Shown here one piece after another: positions 49,701-60,900 of a stretch of DNA of 64,000 bases. The stretch comes from Macrostomum lignano (lineage: Eukaryota): NCBI GenBank assembly GCA_002269645.1, contig NIVC01000143.1, positions 124,001 to 188,000 of the forward strand, read 5' to 3'. Made by a program: the position numbers and the translations under genes. Below the pieces are notes generated by a model. It searched no databases. It was not told the DNA's origin and was given only the letters and a program-made list of their open reading frames with translations. The first letter of the stretch is position 1; every line of letters starts with the position of its first letter.

Positions 49701-50260
49701 ATGGCCTCATCATGAAAAATATTGTGACACTATAGCCTGATTGTATCTGCTTAAGCAAGTTCTTGGCATAAATTTGTTAAAATGTACTTTTGCTAAAAAG
49801 TGTAACATTTAGAGAGATACGAGCCAGATGGATGGACAGATTAGTAGATTTACTATCTAGGTACGAGTGTAGATGAAGAAATGAATTATATTTTGTACAC
49901 TAATAACTACTAACTTCATGAATTTGCAGCAAATCTCTACCGTCGAAAGGTACGAAATGGCTCCATACGATGTGATCAGCGAGGCGGAGACAAACCCAGA
50001 TGAAGTCTCTCCTGAGCAGGTTTGCTAACTCGCAATTGATTTGTTTGCCTACCAGAAAGAGTTGCGCTGAGCAAACTGTGAGCAGCAATTCCTGCTTCAA
50101 CCCGCTGTAGGAAGTCGAACCTGCGGCCGGCTCCAATCGGTTCAACAGCGAGCTGTCATCAGCCTACGATGTGATCCCGGACCTGACGACGGGCCAGAAG
50201 CAGCAGAACCAGAGAGCTGCTCAGCAAGTCAAGAGCAATCAACCAGAGGAGTGCTGCTGA
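40640..50260 (+). CDS. crb: Crumbs-like EGF/laminin-G type I receptor, copy 1 (carries lesions, possibly a pseudogene). Exons about 40640-40730, 42197-42481, 43309-43501, 45240-45796, 45867-47142, 47226-47794, 47884-48122, 49257-49366, 49451-49483, 49560-49673, 49930-50019, 50111-50260
   Basis: Signal peptide; Ca-binding EGFs; Crumbs-type insert EGF (CLQRSNPALYG...FSY..AAGFVCLC); CSVRLTGC...HGYRC...ETTLASF before LamG, as in CRB1; LamG GFRGCVRDL; TM helix. Confidence 0.8.
40903..42168. repeat. (CTGA)n microsatellite, about 1.26 kb
   Basis: Fills intron 1 of crb-like copy 1. Confidence 0.98.
42197..42489 (+). CDS. crb: crb-like copy 1 exon: pro-segment and EGF1-2, donor degenerate
   Basis: LTRSRR|AACSEGDCKNGGIC...PCQNGGTC...CSCVPGYT; donor reads aatgggt where copy 2 has ggtgagt. 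Confidence 0.85.
42775..43075. repeat. 21-bp minisatellite CCATCCATCATCTCACAGA(T/A)C
   Basis: Same unit and same intron position as 59365-60775. Confidence 0.92.
43309..43501 (+). CDS. crb: crb-like copy 1 EGF exon
   Basis: [41 protein letters not shown]...CIDGNGT|gtgagt. Confidence 0.9.
45240..45796 (+). CDS. crb: crb-like copy 1 multi-EGF exon with Crumbs-type insert EGF
   Basis: Repeated IDDC.S.PC.HGG.C.DG..NYTC.C units; 117-bp internal duplication relative to copy 2. Confidence 0.9.
45867..47142 (+). CDS. crb: crb-like copy 1 exon: EGFs, LamG, EGF, start of second LamG; frameshift near 46128
   Basis: DINECERFGQPCRNGAVC...DYT, then the frame shifts to KNCSVRLTGCDSSPC...FELSFRTS...GFRGCVRDL; ACA|gtcagt donor. 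Confidence 0.85.
47226..47794 (+). CDS. crb: crb-like copy 1 exon: rest of second LamG and EGF
   Basis: IDHSGRLSAQL...LIIGGFSG...FRGSLRSIKVNG...CEEFRPCRNGATCTNG..YSYR|gtgagt. Confidence 0.85.
47884..48122 (+). CDS. crb: crb-like copy 1 exon: EGF end and truncated insert EGF
   Basis: CVCHPGYSGEDCSVDHPDCSSNPCGADSFCLERS...FSYSKAAGFECV then runs into the minisatellite; 3' end inferred. Confidence 0.7.
48094..49035. repeat. 22-bp minisatellite GAGGCTGCCGCCAGTAAGTAGT
   Basis: Begins inside the EGF exon; each full unit contains GTAAGT. Confidence 0.96.
49257..49366 (+). CDS. crb: crb-like copy 1 transmembrane exon
   Basis: WPIAAIAVAIFLFGVLLTVSVFLLLL followed by NRHRN; ttacag| phase 1 and |gtgggt. 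Confidence 0.75.
49451..50260 (+). CDS. crb-like copy 1 cytoplasmic exons (49451-49483, 49560-49673, 49930-50019, 50111-50260)
   Basis: Four phase-0 GT-AG exons giving an open tail GKLSLGYFERQ/APVLE...DRRP/QISTVERYEMAPYDVI...EQ/EVEP...SAYDVIP...QPEECC*. Confidence 0.55.
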
Positions 50261-50302
50261 CTGCTGACTGCTGACTGCTGACTGCTGACTGCTGACTGCT
50301 GA
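50253..50302. repeat. (CTGCTGA)n heptamer repeat overlapping the predicted stop codon
   Basis: Direct inspection. Confidence 0.85.
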
Positions 50303-50879
50303 AAGTCAGCTGCCAAGTGTGGTGTTGCTGCGGCATGATTGTTTTATGATTGCAACCAGTTAACTTTCACCGTTCCATTTCCTGTGGCTTCATGGTTTTT
50401 TTCAAATAATGCTTTTTTGATCAAACACTAACAATTACTACGGTATCTAGAAAAACTTTTGTTTAACTTCATTCCAAGCCAGTTTACGTTACTGATATTG
50501 TACATGTAGCTCGTAGTGGCCTCTTGTGGCCTCAATCGATTCTCTGCGATCCCATTAAAATATTTTATTGGCACTGTTTGTTAAATTTGAATTTGTAAAA
50601 TTTCTTTTGTTAATTTGTGTAATTTCATCACTGTCTTGGAGACGCTGTTTTGGGAGTGCCATCGTTGGGCGCCAAAGTACGATCATAGTTGGTGGGGGAA
50701 CTGCTAAACTTGGGTACCTGCTGCGAAAAAGGCGCAAAATATGCAGTGAATTGGGCACCATAGCTAGATCCGGCAGGTTATGGGGGATTCAGTCTTCAAA
50801 GCACTCACTGGCTACTGGTTAGCCAATAAATAGTTGGTAATTGCTTTATTCTTTCAACAATAACAAATAATAATTCTTG

Positions 50880-51570
50880 CGGGCCCTGTTGCGGCGCAGT
50901 GACGCAGATTGTAGCTCTATTCCGTCATCGAGGAGTCGCGGATACGACAGTCCATCCTGATAGTTACCTCCATAGATTTCAAATAGGCATTCGACTCGGT
51001 CGTCTGATCCCAAAGGTGCCAGAGCAGCTTGGCACCGCCCTCGTGGCAATGTACCCGGATAAAAAAGCTGCTGGTTCAACACCAAACGGCCTATCGGAAT
51101 TTTTTGAGACATCCTCTGAAGTTGCCGTTTTTGTTTGTGCTGGTGCTTGAACGAGTGCTGTGGATTGTTCCTCGGCAAGTCGTGCAGTCCAGGCGGTGGT
51201 CGAGACCGTCCTGCTGTACGACCGTCCGTCCCAGCACGCTGGCCTGCTGAGCACCGCCTTCAAGATAAGCGAGTTTTTGACGTGGCTCTGCAACGCCGTG
51301 CAACGGCCTGGTCCGTCAAAGCGACCTGTCGTCCAAGCGACCTGTTGCGCCGTCGGCGACTCCAGCTGGGAGGCCACAACATCAGCGCCGAGTTGTACAG
51401 CCTACAGCCGCTGTAAGAGTTGCCGCTGCTGGTGCTGCAGTCTACCTACCGGCAAGAGGACATCGCGCTCTCGGCGTTCCGTCGACTGTCTGTTGGCTGA
51501 CGGCGCCCCTTATTTGGTCGGTGGCGCAGCTTTTGTTTGCGACCTGACCCAGAAGTGTGCTATGTGACGT
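50880..51570 (+). mobile_element. Degenerate, internally deleted RTE-like non-LTR retrotransposon fragment
   Basis: SIDFK*AFDSV (RT motif with a stop) at about 50969; VPEQLGTALVAMY...TPNGLSEFFETSS; QAVVETVLLY. Confidence 0.7.
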
Positions 51571-52559
51571 TCCTTTTTTAAAGACTGCTTTGTTGTTGTT
51601 GTACAAGCTAGTGCTTTTTGATACTTCCTAATTAGAAGCAGTTAAATGTATGCTTTAGACATTCAAAGTTTTGTTTTACCGTTTGTTTTAATTACAGTGT
51701 TACATCGTTTCCCGATTCCGCTCATTTTCGTCCCGTAGCTACCCTTCAGCACGATCTTTTCCAGGTCTCTAATGCGATTAAAAGGCCTGATATAATTGTT
51801 ATTACAGTTTTAACAGCAATTGTTTTGAGGATGGGCGTTGGGTTCATTAAATGAATATGAAGGCAAACTTCCTCTATAATGGGTAGCATGTAAATTGCAT
51901 GGCTTAAGCGAATTAATACAGGCATTCAAGCAAAAATCATCTAATCTCTGTCTGTGCTTAGCAAATATTTCTGTTCTAAAAATAGCATAATTGACACAGA
52001 ATTGTTTTTTTCAGTTCAAAACAGGAAGGCTCGGGGTCTAAGACTTAGTATATAAACACATACAGTCGCATGCTTCTCAATGCATGCTTTCTGTATGTCT
52101 CTCACTGCTGCATTGCAGAATAATAAGGCCATTATATTTACAAAACGGAAGCTTTAAAAAGAAAAATATTTTCTGACAAGCATTAAAGAAACGCTTATTA
52201 CTTATCCTGTTTTTCGCAGATGTTTTGTTTAAATATGAGTTCTTTAGAGTTGTTTTACGCATCCATTTCTAGTAAATATCGCATCAGGCTAGCTTTAAAA
52301 TTTATGCCAAGATAAAACTATTGCTAATAAGTTTATTAGTCATTAAATCGTTATAGATAATTGGCGTCGTCTTTAACGAGAAGCCGACGGATGCGCTGCA
52401 GTGTCAATTTGATTGATTGATTGTATTTAGTGCTGTGTATTTATTTGAAAATGTGAAACTACGAGTATACTAACACAACAGAAACAGCATTGGAATAGAT
52501 CATGTAAATGTGGAGGAGGGAGGGGAAGGCAAGCAAGAAGGCAATATCAACGGAAACCC

Positions 52560-52800
52560 CTTTTTTCAGGCAATCTCGATTTGGCTTTTAAAATAGAAAA
52601 ACATGGGCAGCGTTTAATAGGACATTGGTCGCTTGGTCGGCGAATGCTGTCCAGCAGGGCCGTCACCTGCCCTGCCCTGACAACGAAAAGGCGCCTGTCC
52701 CTGCCTGTCTCCTCTATCAGGATGCTGATCGCTTTGCGCAGAAACGCCACAAAGGTCTTGATGCCTACGTGCTGGCGGTAGACGATACACGATTCACGAC
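52560..52800 (+). mobile_element. Possible 3' fragment of an RTE-like LINE
   Basis: QRLIGHW resembles QRLLGHV in the 63.6 kb element; weak. Confidence 0.25.
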
Positions 52801-52814
52801 CAGAAGCAGCATGG

Positions 52815-53358
52815 GATAGGTTGGGGGATTGGTTGGGGATGGATTGGGGATGGGTTGGGGATGGGTTGGGGGATGGGTTGGGGGATGGGTTGGGGATGGG
52901 TTGGGGATGGGTTGGGGATGGGTTGGGGATGGGTTGGGGAATGTGTTAGGGATGGGTTGGGGATGGGTTGGGGGATGGGTTGGGGATGGGTTGGGGATGG
53001 GTTGTGGATAGGTTGGGGATGGGTTGGGGATGGGTTGGGGATGGATTGGGGATGGGTTGGGGATGGGTTGGGGATGGGTTGGGGATGGATTGGGGATGGG
53101 TTGGGGATGGGTTGGGGATGGGTTGGGGATGGGTTGGGGATGGGTTGGGGATGGGTTGGGGATGGGTTGGGGATGGGTTGGGGATGGGTTGGGGATGGGT
53201 TGGGGAATGTGTTAGGGATGGGTTGGGGATGGGTTGGGGATGGGTTGGGGATGGGTTGGGGATGGGTTGGGGATGGGTTGGGGGATGGGTTGGGGATGGG
53301 TTGGGGATGGGTTGGGGAATGTGTTAGGGATGGGTTAGGGATGCGTTGGTGATGGGTT
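52815..53358. repeat. G-rich 11-bp minisatellite GGGGATGGGTT
   Basis: Direct inspection. Confidence 0.95.
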
Positions 53359-54748
53359 GGGGAACGCAGCCGTACGATCGAGGATTTTCTATTAAACACG
53401 TCATGTGGGGGCGCCATCGTGGGGGCGCCACTCCACACAGTTTTGCAACCATTTCATTTCATGCTTAATTCTTCTGCTCAGACTTAGCGAAAAACAATAA
53501 CTCTGTAGAAATTAGCAGTCCGATTAACAACACTCAGTGCATACGAAGTTCCCCAGTTTCTGTCTTCTTAATAATTAAAGCATAGGTTGGATAACTGTGT
53601 CGCAGACAGCAATGTAAATGCATGGCTATTTATTTACTATAAATAGAAGCATCAGCATCTGCGATGCTGTGCTTTGCATTTTACCTCTCTATTGTTCTAC
53701 ACAACCAGTTCGAGCTGTGCACTGCAAAACCTCTGGTTATATATATCGCGTTGAGCGCTGTAACAGAAGCAGTCTACCTTTACAAAATATCTGCATACAG
53801 ACTATAAGTGCTTCATCGCGAACCATATCGAACTATTTACAGATTTTCAGGAATTCACGTTACTGTGTGTAAGTTCCATATGTGATTCTAAAAAATGCTT
53901 GCATTGCTCAGCGCACCCTATGGCTGCATAGTGTTGAGAGCATGACTCTCGTTAAACTTGTTACGAATAGTTTTGTCGCTATTTTCCATCGAACCTCAAA
54001 ATTTTGAAATAATTCAAGTCTGTATAGATTATCTCTATAGACGTGTAAAACAACAAGAATGGTTTACGTTAAAATTCATAATGCAGATTACAAAATCAGA
54101 CTGGCTGTAATTCACAGATCGCCTTGTGATGCTTCAACACATTTTAATCACAGTGCCTTGAAATCCAAGAGACAGCTCACGCAGCTAGAATCTCGACACT
54201 CCTAGAACTTTGACATCTCAGCACTTGAACCATTTACGACTTCTTGATGCCCAGAACGCGTGCAACAGTTCTAAATGCACCGACTGCTTTGAGTCTTTTC
54301 ACATTAGGCAGAGTGATGTAACCACGCTCTGGTCGCGGGATCTGGTGGGGGAAATTTTCGGAATCTCCCAGATCTCCTTTGACCCACCGGGCAGAGCTGT
54401 AGAGACTGGGCCGGGTCCTTGACCAGGCCAACTGACTCCCGCTCTGTTGCATCCCCCTGCCGGCTCAGTTCCGTCTCCCACTCAGCCACACGTGCCTTTC
54501 CGGAGCCCCTTTTTGTGCACCTCGTTTGCCTTCCCCATTTTTCACGCGCCCCACCCCATGTATCATGTACTTCTCATGTTTCTCATGTTTCTCATCAGGT
54601 TTTAGCCCGTTTTTCTTGCGCTGTCCCGTTCTCATCCCGTGCTTATACTTACAGTATTGCCTGTGCTCACCATCGCCCCATCTCCTTTCATCACCCCCTC
54701 TTGCGCAACCTTTTCCTAATGCCATTGTTCTCTTCTCAAGATTTCTCA

Positions 54749-55812
54749 TGTGACACCCACCCCTCCTTCGCTCCTATTGTTCTCGTTTCTGATTCTTTTG
54801 TTATCAATAACCTATATATTACCTAATTATCACTTTTTCCCAGATTTTCCCAGATTTTCTCGTTCTATTGTTCTCCTTTTCGCGTCCAATTAGCGCCTTT
54901 TCTCCAATGTTTACTTTTCTATTGTTCTCGGTTCTCCCCAATTATCCCCGATTTCCATTTACTTTGTTCTCGTTCCGGATCTCATTGTTCTCAATATTTG
55001 CTTGCGCAACACTTCCTCGACCCGTCCTCCCGATTGCGCAATTCTCTCATTTCTCATGTTGCTATGCCGATCTCATGCTTCTCATTGTGACTCATTCTGA
55101 CGTCATTTCTCCGGCAGCCAATCAGAGAGAGGGAGTCATGGAAACGACCTTGGAGCGGCGGCCGTGAGGACAATTTAATGAAGCGATTTTCGGCGTGAGA
55201 ACCTTCAACTGTTTTCCTGCTCGTCCTATCTTTGGACTTGCCGTCAGACGCCCGTCTGACCCCCCATTCGTCTATATATGGCGAACCTCTGCCGGCCCGC
55301 GGTCTGATACCGCCCAGCATCCCCAGCATCGCCTGAGCTACATCAGCGCCTCGTCGCTTCAGCGCATCGCCGCTTCACTACCTGCCTGTCCGCAGTCTAC
55401 AGCCGCCCCAGGTCACTCCATCGCTCTCTCTCTCTGTGCAGCTGCCGGTGAGTTCCTGAACTAATTTGTACTCTAATTGCCTTTGCTTATCCGGGGTTTG
55501 CTTATTTCCATTGCTTGACTAGAGAACTGAGCCAATTGTGTACCGTACTTTGCTGTATTTTACTCAATAGTGAAGCCGCCTAATTGCCTGATAATTTCGC
55601 CTAAGGGCCTAATTATTAACGACTTATTAACGACGAATTATTAAAGCCATCATTTCACTCATGGCTTGCTGAGCCTTTCTCCTTGGGTGGCAAAGCATAA
55701 GGAAGTTTGGGTAAGCTAATGGCCTCTCCCCGTGCAAAGCCCGCCCGCCTGTGTGTGCGTGCTGCGGGTCCGTGTCTGCGTGCAGTAGAGGGAATTAGCG
55801 GGTCATGGCACA
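54749..55812 (+). mobile_element. Possible LTR-like element with promoter motifs
   Basis: TGTGACA...GGCACA ends followed by PBS-like TGGCAGCAGG; CCAAT at about 55118, TATA-like at about 55272, donor G|gtgagt at 55449; no TSD found. Confidence 0.3.
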
Positions 55813-56900
55813 GAATGGCAGCAGGAAGGTTGCAACCCTGCTTACGCGTCCCTTCGCCCTGAGCAATCTAAACTATATAGCTAGTACATGTTCACCTCAC
55901 ACTACTCTTAGTAATTGACGCCGCAAGTCCGCCTCATTCACAAAGGATCCACTGCTGAGAAATCCTCCAGATTGATCCCAGAGTTCCCGAATATGCCCCA
56001 AGCAGGGTGAGTCCTTGTACTCGGCTGCATGCGTCTCCCCTGTTAGCCTAAATCCCCTCGTAACCAATCCAGGCGGGGCTCTAGCCTCGAAAGGTCTGGT
56101 CGTAAGATCCAGGTGCGCCAGGTCACATAGATTGGTGGCAGCCACTCGGTCATACTATGACCGAGTGACCAATTATTGCACCTTGGCTACAGGAGGGGTC
56201 CATGTGGGTCCTTGGCCCTCTGGTCACGAAAGCGCTACCAAAACTATCAATCATGTGGGCAGGACAGTCTGGTGCTGGAGGTCCGTCAGGTCATTGTCCG
56301 GTCATAGGCAGCCTATGGTCATTGCCCCATATGGTCATACGCTCTCCTCCCCGCGGAGCAGACGGTCATCAAGAGCGGTTATATCAAGAGGATGTCGACG
56401 GTGTGCCGCAAAAGTACCTATTTCTTGAAAGTCGGATTGCTGTGTAGGAACCGTATCACTTTCGCAAATTGAACTGTCTCCAACTATAAAAATTAAAACT
56501 GTCTGTCCGTCTGTCTGTTTGTGTGTGTACAATTTTGATCGCTATTGAATCCCAAACTGCTCAACGTTTGGGACTACAAACAATCTTCAACTTTTTTGAC
56601 AGAATCGTGTCTCAGATAATTCCAAGTCTCAGAGTTAATAATCCTGAACAGCGCTGTGCACTTTTAAAGATAGGCTGCTCTTTTTCAGCTTTTTTCAGCT
56701 CTATCTAAGTGTAAAGATTCAACTCTGTAACTCAATCAGAACAGAAACTGTAAGCATGTGAAGTTTGTCTGCTTTATTGTTGTTTGTGCCACTCACTCAG
56801 TTACTCATTCCCCCTAGAGCCAGACAAAGGTCAGGCGATAGAGCTGAATGTACATGGCAATGTACAGTGTTTTGGAATAACTTTATTTACACCAGTGCCT

Positions 56901-57492
56901 TTAGCACCAGGGGCGCCAGCACCAAGGGCGCCAGCACCAGGGGCGCCAGCACCAAAGGCGCCAGCACCAGGGGCGCCAGCACCAAAGGCGCCAGCACCAG
57001 GGGCGCCAGCACCAGGGGCGCCAGCACCAGGGGCGTCAGCACCAGGGGCGCCAGCACCAGGGGCGCCAGCACCAGGGGCTTTAGCACCAAGGGTGCCAGC
57101 ACCAGGGGCGCCAGCACCAGGGGCGCCAGCACCAAGGGCGCCGTCACCAGGGGCGCCAGCACCAGGGGCGCCAGCACCAGGGGCGCCAGCACCAAAGGCG
57201 CCAGCACCAGGGGCGCCAGCACTAGGGGCGCCAGCACCAGGGGCGCCAGCACCAAAGGCGCCAGCACCAGGGGCGCCAGCACCAAAGGCGCCAGCACCAG
57301 GGGCGCCAGCACCAGGGGCGCCAGCACCAGGGGCGTCAGCACCAGGGGCGCCAGCACCAGGGGCGCCAGCACCAGGGGCTTTAGCACCAAGGGCGCCAGC
57401 ACCAGGGGCGCCAGCACCAGGGGCGCCAGCACCAAGGGCGCCGTCACCAGGGGCGCCAGCACCAGGGGCGCCAGCACTAGGGGCGCCAGCAC
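56901..57492. repeat. 15-bp array AGCACCAGGGGCGCC with a 300-bp higher-order repeat
   Basis: Variant monomers (ggcgtc, ggcttt, ccgtca) recur exactly 300 bp apart. Confidence 0.95.
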
Positions 57493-57913
57493 CCAGCTCA
57501 AAGTTCAAAATTGTCTAAAAATGATCGACCTTAAAATTGGAAAGTGACAGTTCAGAACCGCCGGGTCGGTCTTAAATAGCGAATTTCAATGCTTTTTCAG
57601 TGTGCATTTTCAGTAGCCACAAAATAATTCAATGCTTTTTAGCGTCGAAAAAGTTGTTTTGCCTGAGCCCCAGCCAGCTGCTTGAAATGAAAATATACCT
57701 GCGACTGAGTTTAATTACTTTTATTTTTTATTAACCAGTATGGCAAATCTGATTCTTATTTCAATACTCATTATCTCATAAGTAGCATATTCAGCACAGC
57801 TATACTAATTTCTTCTATTTCAATTGATTCAAATTTGCTTCAATTTGATTTTCAGCTTCTCAAAGTTGCGCGAGTTTCAAACTAGATAAGCCTCAGCTCT
57901 GAGCTCGTCCGGA

Positions 57914-60900
57914 ATGTCGTCCGAACTTCGACTGCCGACATTAATTCTAGTTCTGACGCTGGCTTGGCATCGAGCTTCGTGTGCTTCGGTTTCAGGAGAC
58001 TTATCCGCAGGTGAGTTGGGTTTTAAGGTAGCTTAAATGACAGTTAAAAGGTTTTCCACTGCTTTTCAATATGAAGGTTTTGACGAGGACGCCAACGAAT
58101 TGGCGCGGACGAGGCGAGCCGCCTGCAACGAGGGCGACTGCAAGAATGGCGGCATTTGCTGGCCGGGTCCTGTGACGCCAAGCACTCCTCCGTGTCTGTG
58201 CACTGACGCGTACACTGGTACTTATTGCACCAATAGAATAAACTTCTGTGATACAACAAAGGACGGCAGCACTTTATCAAGCAGTCCCTGCCAAAACGGA
58301 GGCACCTGCAGCAACACAGACGCGAGCCCCTGGTATCACTGCAGCTGCGTTCCCGGCTACACAGGTGAGTGACCCTTGCTGCAAATCAAAATTTGAAACT
58401 CTAAAAAATGTTTTATAACTACTATTATCCGAATAATTTTTTTAAATTGTTGAGTTAGGCTGAACCAGATCAACTCAATTGAAAAGTATATTGGCTGCTT
58501 TTATGTGGGATTTTTTTACAGAAAGTTTGTTTTCTGAAAATTTATAAAGAATAATATTAATGCTAACAATTGACTTAAAAATCCCGAAATCTTATCTCGA
58601 TGTCTGTCTAACAAACGAATACTATCATTCCATACAATAAGACACCTAATAAAACTCGTACAGTCTCTCAGAGATCTCGTCCATCACCTTGTTGTAGGGG
58701 GTGTTTATTTATAGCTTTATCCCATCGTTTAGCTACAGAAACTGTTGGAGGTATTCGCTGCAACCAAAACTGTTACAGGGGTCTTTCACTGTTCACTGGG
58801 AATCACCAAAACTGTGCTATGGGTTGGGAAATTAAGTTGGGACTCGGGGATTCGGGAGGAAATGTTTGGAATAGCCTACTGAAAGGAGTATTCCTGGAGC
58901 GTGGGTGTGTCCGAGTGGCAAGACACAATTTTCTTCTCAGTCCGGGGAATATAGATGGGAGAGGGGAATTAAGGGCTTCGCGATGGATCGGAGTTGCCTG
59001 GAAAAGCGCACTAATGGGGGATTTCTAAACACTAATAGGGAATGCTGGCATAAGTAGACTGACCGCCTAATATAGCATTGTAAGAAGGCAATCCGCCTAA
59101 TGAATATGGGAGATTTCTACAAAGAAGGGTTTCTCGTTCTCGATTTATTCTCTTGCTTATATATAAAACATAATCAATATGGCTATAACAAAACATAAAG
59201 ATTATACTGTAGGCTACTAATCGATACTAAGATTTACTATTAACGGTATAAAAGATTTATTTATGCAGGCACAGAGATGTTTTTAGCGATTTTGAAAATA
59301 GTCGTATTTACTAAGGCGGTATACGTAAAATGATAGGCAAAAATAGTGACTCTTACAATCTCCAAAATCCCATCTTTAATCTCACAGATCCAATCCATCA
59401 ATTTCAAAGATCCCATCCATTACCTCACAGATCCCATCCATTATCTTACAGATCCATCCATCATCTCACAGAACCCATCTATTTTCTCACAGATCCCATC
59501 CATCATCTCACAGAACCCATTCATCACCTCACAGATCCCATCCATCATCTCACAGAACCCATCCATCATCTCACAGATCCCATCCATCATCTCACAGAAC
59601 CCATCCATCATCTCACAGATCCCATTCATCACCACACAGAACCCATCCATCATCTCACAGAAAACATCCTTCATCTCACAGAACCCATCCATCATCTCAC
59701 AGATCCCATCTATCATGCCGCAGAACCCATCCATCGTCTCACAGAAAACATCCATAATCTCACAGAACCCATCCACAACCTCACAGAACCCATCCATCAC
59801 CATACAGAACCCATCAATCATCTTACAGAGCCCATCCATCATCTCACAGATTCCATCCATCATCTCACAGAACCCATCCATCATCTCACAGATCCCATCT
59901 ATCATGCCGCAGAACCCATCCATCGTCTCACAGAAAACATCCATCATCTCACAGAACCCATCCATCATCTCACAGAACCCATCCACAACCTCACAGAACC
60001 CATCCATCACCATACAGAACCCATCAATCATCTTACAGAGCCCATCCATCATCTCACAGATCCCATCCATCATCTCACAGATCTCATCCGTTACAGATCC
60101 CAACCATCATCTCACAGAACCCATCAATCATCTCACAGATCCCATCCATCATCTCACAGATTCCATTCATCATCTCACAGATTCCATCCATCATCTCACA
60201 GAACCCATCCATCATCTCACAGATTCCATCCATCATCTCACAGAACCCATCCATCATCTCACAGATTCCATCCATTATCTCACAGATCCCATCCACCATC
60301 TCACAGATCCCATCCATCATCTCAAAGAACCCATCCATCATCTCACAGATACCATCCATTATCTCACAGATCCCATCTACCATCTTAAAGATCCCATCCA
60401 TCATCTCTCAGAACCCATCCATCATCTCACAGATTCCATCCATTATCTCAAAGATCCCATCTACCATCTTAAAGATCCCATCCATCATCTCACAGATTCC
60501 ATTCATCATCTCACAGATCCCATCCATAATCTCACAGATCCCATCCATCATCTCACAGAACCCATCCATCATCTCACAGATCCCATCCATCATCTCACAG
60601 ATCCCATCCATCATCTCACAGATCCCATCCACCATCTCACAGATCCCATCCGTCATCTCGCAGATCCCTTTCATCATCTCACAGATCCCATTCATCATCT
60701 CACAGATCCCATCCATCATCTCACAGATCCCATCCATCATCTCACAGATCCCATCCACCATCTCACAGCCCCTTCAAAACTGATGAGTTATTTTCATTTT
60801 CCCTCCTCGTCATCTACATTGGTTTAAAAGTACATTTCGGTGAAGCTACGCGTAAAGCAATTCTCCGCATTGTAAAAATAAGAATTGTCAACTGATCAGT

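Noticed and set aside
55897-56447. Short ORFs after the LTR-like segment as gag/pol
   Set aside because: No gag, protease, RT or integrase motif recognisable.
56784-57518. Elastin/fibroin-like GAGAP and APGAP ORFs
   Set aside because: 15-bp satellite open in most frames; no start context, signal peptide or splice support.
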